Shown here: piece after piece, positions 61,994-64,000 of the stretch | Layout of the letters: each line of letters begins with the position of its first letter | Position numbering within the stretch: the first letter of the stretch is position 1 | NCBI GenBank assembly: GCA_965199855.1 | Contig: OZ241326.1 | Span: forward strand, 2,656,001-2,720,000 | From: a bacterium | Lineage (GTDB): Bacteria > UBA8248 | Direction: 5' to 3' | Length of the DNA: 64,000 nucleotides | Made by a program: the position numbers and the translations under genes | The notes under the pieces: model-generated | Database searches by the model: none | Told to the model about the DNA's origin: nothing | The model's input: the letters and a program-made list of their open reading frames with translations, nothing else

Positions 61994-63373
61994 CTAATAC
62001 GCATTTTTGTTGATCAGCCCCTTCCAGATCGTAAGCCACAAAATCTTGACGTCGAAGCCCAGCGACCAGTTTTCGATGTAGTGGAGGTCGAACTCGATTC
62101 TTTTCTCGATGGAGGTGTTCCCGCGCCATCCGTTCACCTGCGCCCAGCCCGTCATCCCGGACTTCATCTTGTGGCGCAGCATGTAGCCGGGCACGGAGCG
62201 CCTGAATTCCTCGACGAATACCGGACGCTCGGGCCTCGGGCCCACCAGACTCATTTCGCCGCGGAGCACGTTGAGCAGCTGCGGGAGCTCGTCGAGGCTC
62301 GTTTTTCTGAGGATCGCGCCGATCCAGGTGCGCCGGTCGTCGTCCTCGCGCGCCCACACCGCGCCCGATTCCGCCTCGGCGTCCGTTCGCATGGAACGAA
62401 ACTTGTACATCTCGAACCGGACGCCGTCCAGCCCCATTCTCTCCTGGCGGTAAAGGACGGGCCCCGGGCTCGTCCACCTCACGGCGAGCGCGATGGCGCC
62501 CATCAGCGGACTCAAAATCAGCAGGGCAAGGGCGCCCAGGGAGTAATCCATCATCACCTTCATCCAGCGGCTCCAGCCCAGAAGCGGAGTCTGCGACAGG
62601 AGAATCACCGGCAGGCCGTCCAGCTCCTCGATGCCGGCGTTCAGCCGCATGTGCTCGACGGCGTCGGGCACCAGGCGGATGTCCACGCTCGAATCCGCCA
62701 GATCGCCCAGCAGCCGCTCCGCCTCGGCGCGCAAATCCGGAGAAAGCGCCACGTAGACCTCGTCGATGCGCTCTCTCTCCACCACCTCGCGCGCCTCGTC
62801 CAGCATTCCCAGCGCCGGCGCGTCTCCGCCCTCGGAGAGGTGGCCCGCGACCTGAAAGCCGAGATAGCGATACGACTCCAGACGCTCCGCGAGCCGGCGC
62901 GCGAGGGGCGTCGTTCCCGCGATGAGGATGCGCCGCATGTCCACCCCCCGCCGCCTCAGATGGCGAACCAGCGACCAGACCACCCGCCGGACGGAGAAGA
63001 GAAGCGCGGGCCCCAGCCCCATGAACAGGACGATCAGCGCGCGGCTGTAGCTTTGCTCCCGATAGAAGAACATGAACAAGGCGATGAACAGCACCGTCCA
63101 GATCATCGTGCCCGTGAGGCGGATGATTTCCTGCGCGCTCTTGAGGCCGGCCCGGTAATGATACAGATGCGAAATTCTCGCGGCGAGAAGCCAGGCGGCG
63201 AGAAGCAGGGGCAGCAGAACCAGATAGACGCCCGGGTCGGGAACCCCGAGCGTGGCGGGGATGACGCCCGCCCCGAAGCGAAGCCAGTAGGCCCCGAGCC
63301 ACGCCAGGGTCAGCGCAACGGCGTCCCCGGCGAAGAGGAGGAGCACGTTCAACTGGCCGTATTTGCTCAGCAT
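61994..63373 (-). CDS. Undecaprenyl-phosphate glucose phosphotransferase (WcaJ/CpsE family)
   Basis: KFRSM, LRKTSLDELPQLLNVL.GEMSLVGPRPE, G.TGWAQVNG.RG. Confidence 0.95.
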   Translation of the reverse strand: MLSKYGQLNVLLLFAGDAVALTLAWLGAYWLRFGAGVIPATLGVPDPGVYLVLLPLLLAAWLLAARISHLYHYRAGLKSAQEIIRLTGTMIWTVLFIALFMFFYREQSYSRALIVLFMGLGPALLFSVRRVVWSLVRHLRRRGVDMRRILIAGTTPLARRLAERLESYRYLGFQVAGHLSEGGDAPALGMLDEAREVVERERIDEVYVALSPDLRAEAERLLGDLADSSVDIRLVPDAVEHMRLNAGIEELDGLPVILLSQTPLLGWSRWMKVMMDYSLGALALLILSPLMGAIALAVRWTSPGPVLYRQERMGLDGVRFEMYKFRSMRTDAEAESGAVWAREDDDRRTWIGAILRKTSLDELPQLLNVLRGEMSLVGPRPERPVFVEEFRRSVPGYMLRHKMKSGMTGWAQVNGWRGNTSIEKRIEFDLHYIENWSLGFDVKILWLTIWKGLINKNAY

Positions 63374-63453
63374 GATCCACCGCCTCTCGTCGAACCCGGC
63401 CGCGCGCTCCTAGCGCAAAAGATTTCAGGGCGCCCGCATTCTACCAGCATCGC

Positions 63454-64000
63454 TCAGCCGTCCTCGGCGAATTTCTCGATGCGCTCCCGATGCTCCCGCA
63501 AGCCCCGCGCGAAGCGCTCGGCCGCCTTCTTCTTGAAGTCCTCGCGGCCGAAGCGCTCCGCCTGCCGGCGCGCGGCGCGCGGCGAGAAGCGGCCCTCCAT
63601 CTCCTCGAACGCGAGCACCGCTTCCGCGATATGCTCCGCGTCGGAGCGGGCGAAAAACATTCCCGTGGGCGCCGCCGCGCCGCCGTTCGCCTCCTCCCAC
63701 GGGGCGAAGCCGGGCGGCGGCTCATATTCCTCCGCGTTCACGCCCACGACGGTCTCGAGCGCGCCGCCCGCGCCAAGAGCCAGCACCGGGCGGCCGCAGG
63801 CCTGCGCCTCAAGCGGCGTGATGCCGAAATCCTCCTCTCCCGGAAAGATGAAGGCGCGGCACCCCCGATACAGCTCCCGGATGGTCTCATCGTCCTGCCA
63901 GCCCAGGAATTCCACGTTGGGCTTCGCCATCGCGCGGACGCGCTCGAACTCCTGTCCCGCTCCCGCCACCTTGAGGGGTCGGCCAAGCCGGCCGAACGCC
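63454..64000 (-). CDS. Glycosyltransferase family 4, 5'-partial
   Basis: EEDFGITPLEAQACGRPV; frame runs off the window end. Confidence 0.9.
   Translation of the reverse strand, partial: AFGRLGRPLKVAGAGQEFERVRAMAKPNVEFLGWQDDETIRELYRGCRAFIFPGEEDFGITPLEAQACGRPVLALGAGGALETVVGVNAEEYEPPPGFAPWEEANGGAAAPTGMFFARSDAEHIAEAVLAFEEMEGRFSPRAARRQAERFGREDFKKKAAERFARGLREHRERIEKFAEDG

Overview
High-GC Gram-negative bacterial chromosome segment. The housekeeping backbone includes groES/groEL with a CIRCE element and hrcA, gpsA, lhr, tatD-rSAM/metG/PSP1/holB/tmk, a sigma-54 two-component pair, nfeD/SPFH, thrC and kdsA/pyrG/kdsB/wcaJ-like genes. A low-GC defence islet at about 21.3-25.8 kb carries two DNA methyltransferases, an EcoRI-family endonuclease and a two-gene CBASS (CdnE-like cyclase plus patatin effector). 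Signals missed by the ORF track: (1) an in-frame UGA with a SECIS-like hairpin in an OsmC-family gene (probable selenoprotein); (2) a four-hairpin, ~150-nt candidate sRNA with a perfect sigma-54 promoter, paired enhancer-like sites, an anti-SD loop and a terminator; (3) a (CCGCCTCA)12 tract in a leader ORF that could set coupled, fused or off states of a 1253-aa autotransporter; (4) dense GTAG/GTCATTCC REP-like mosaics, including a ~750-bp composite element present twice in inverted orientation, with 21-bp-phased repeats, an IHF box and a frame-conserved mini-ORF. All product calls come from motif recognition by eye; no database search was run.
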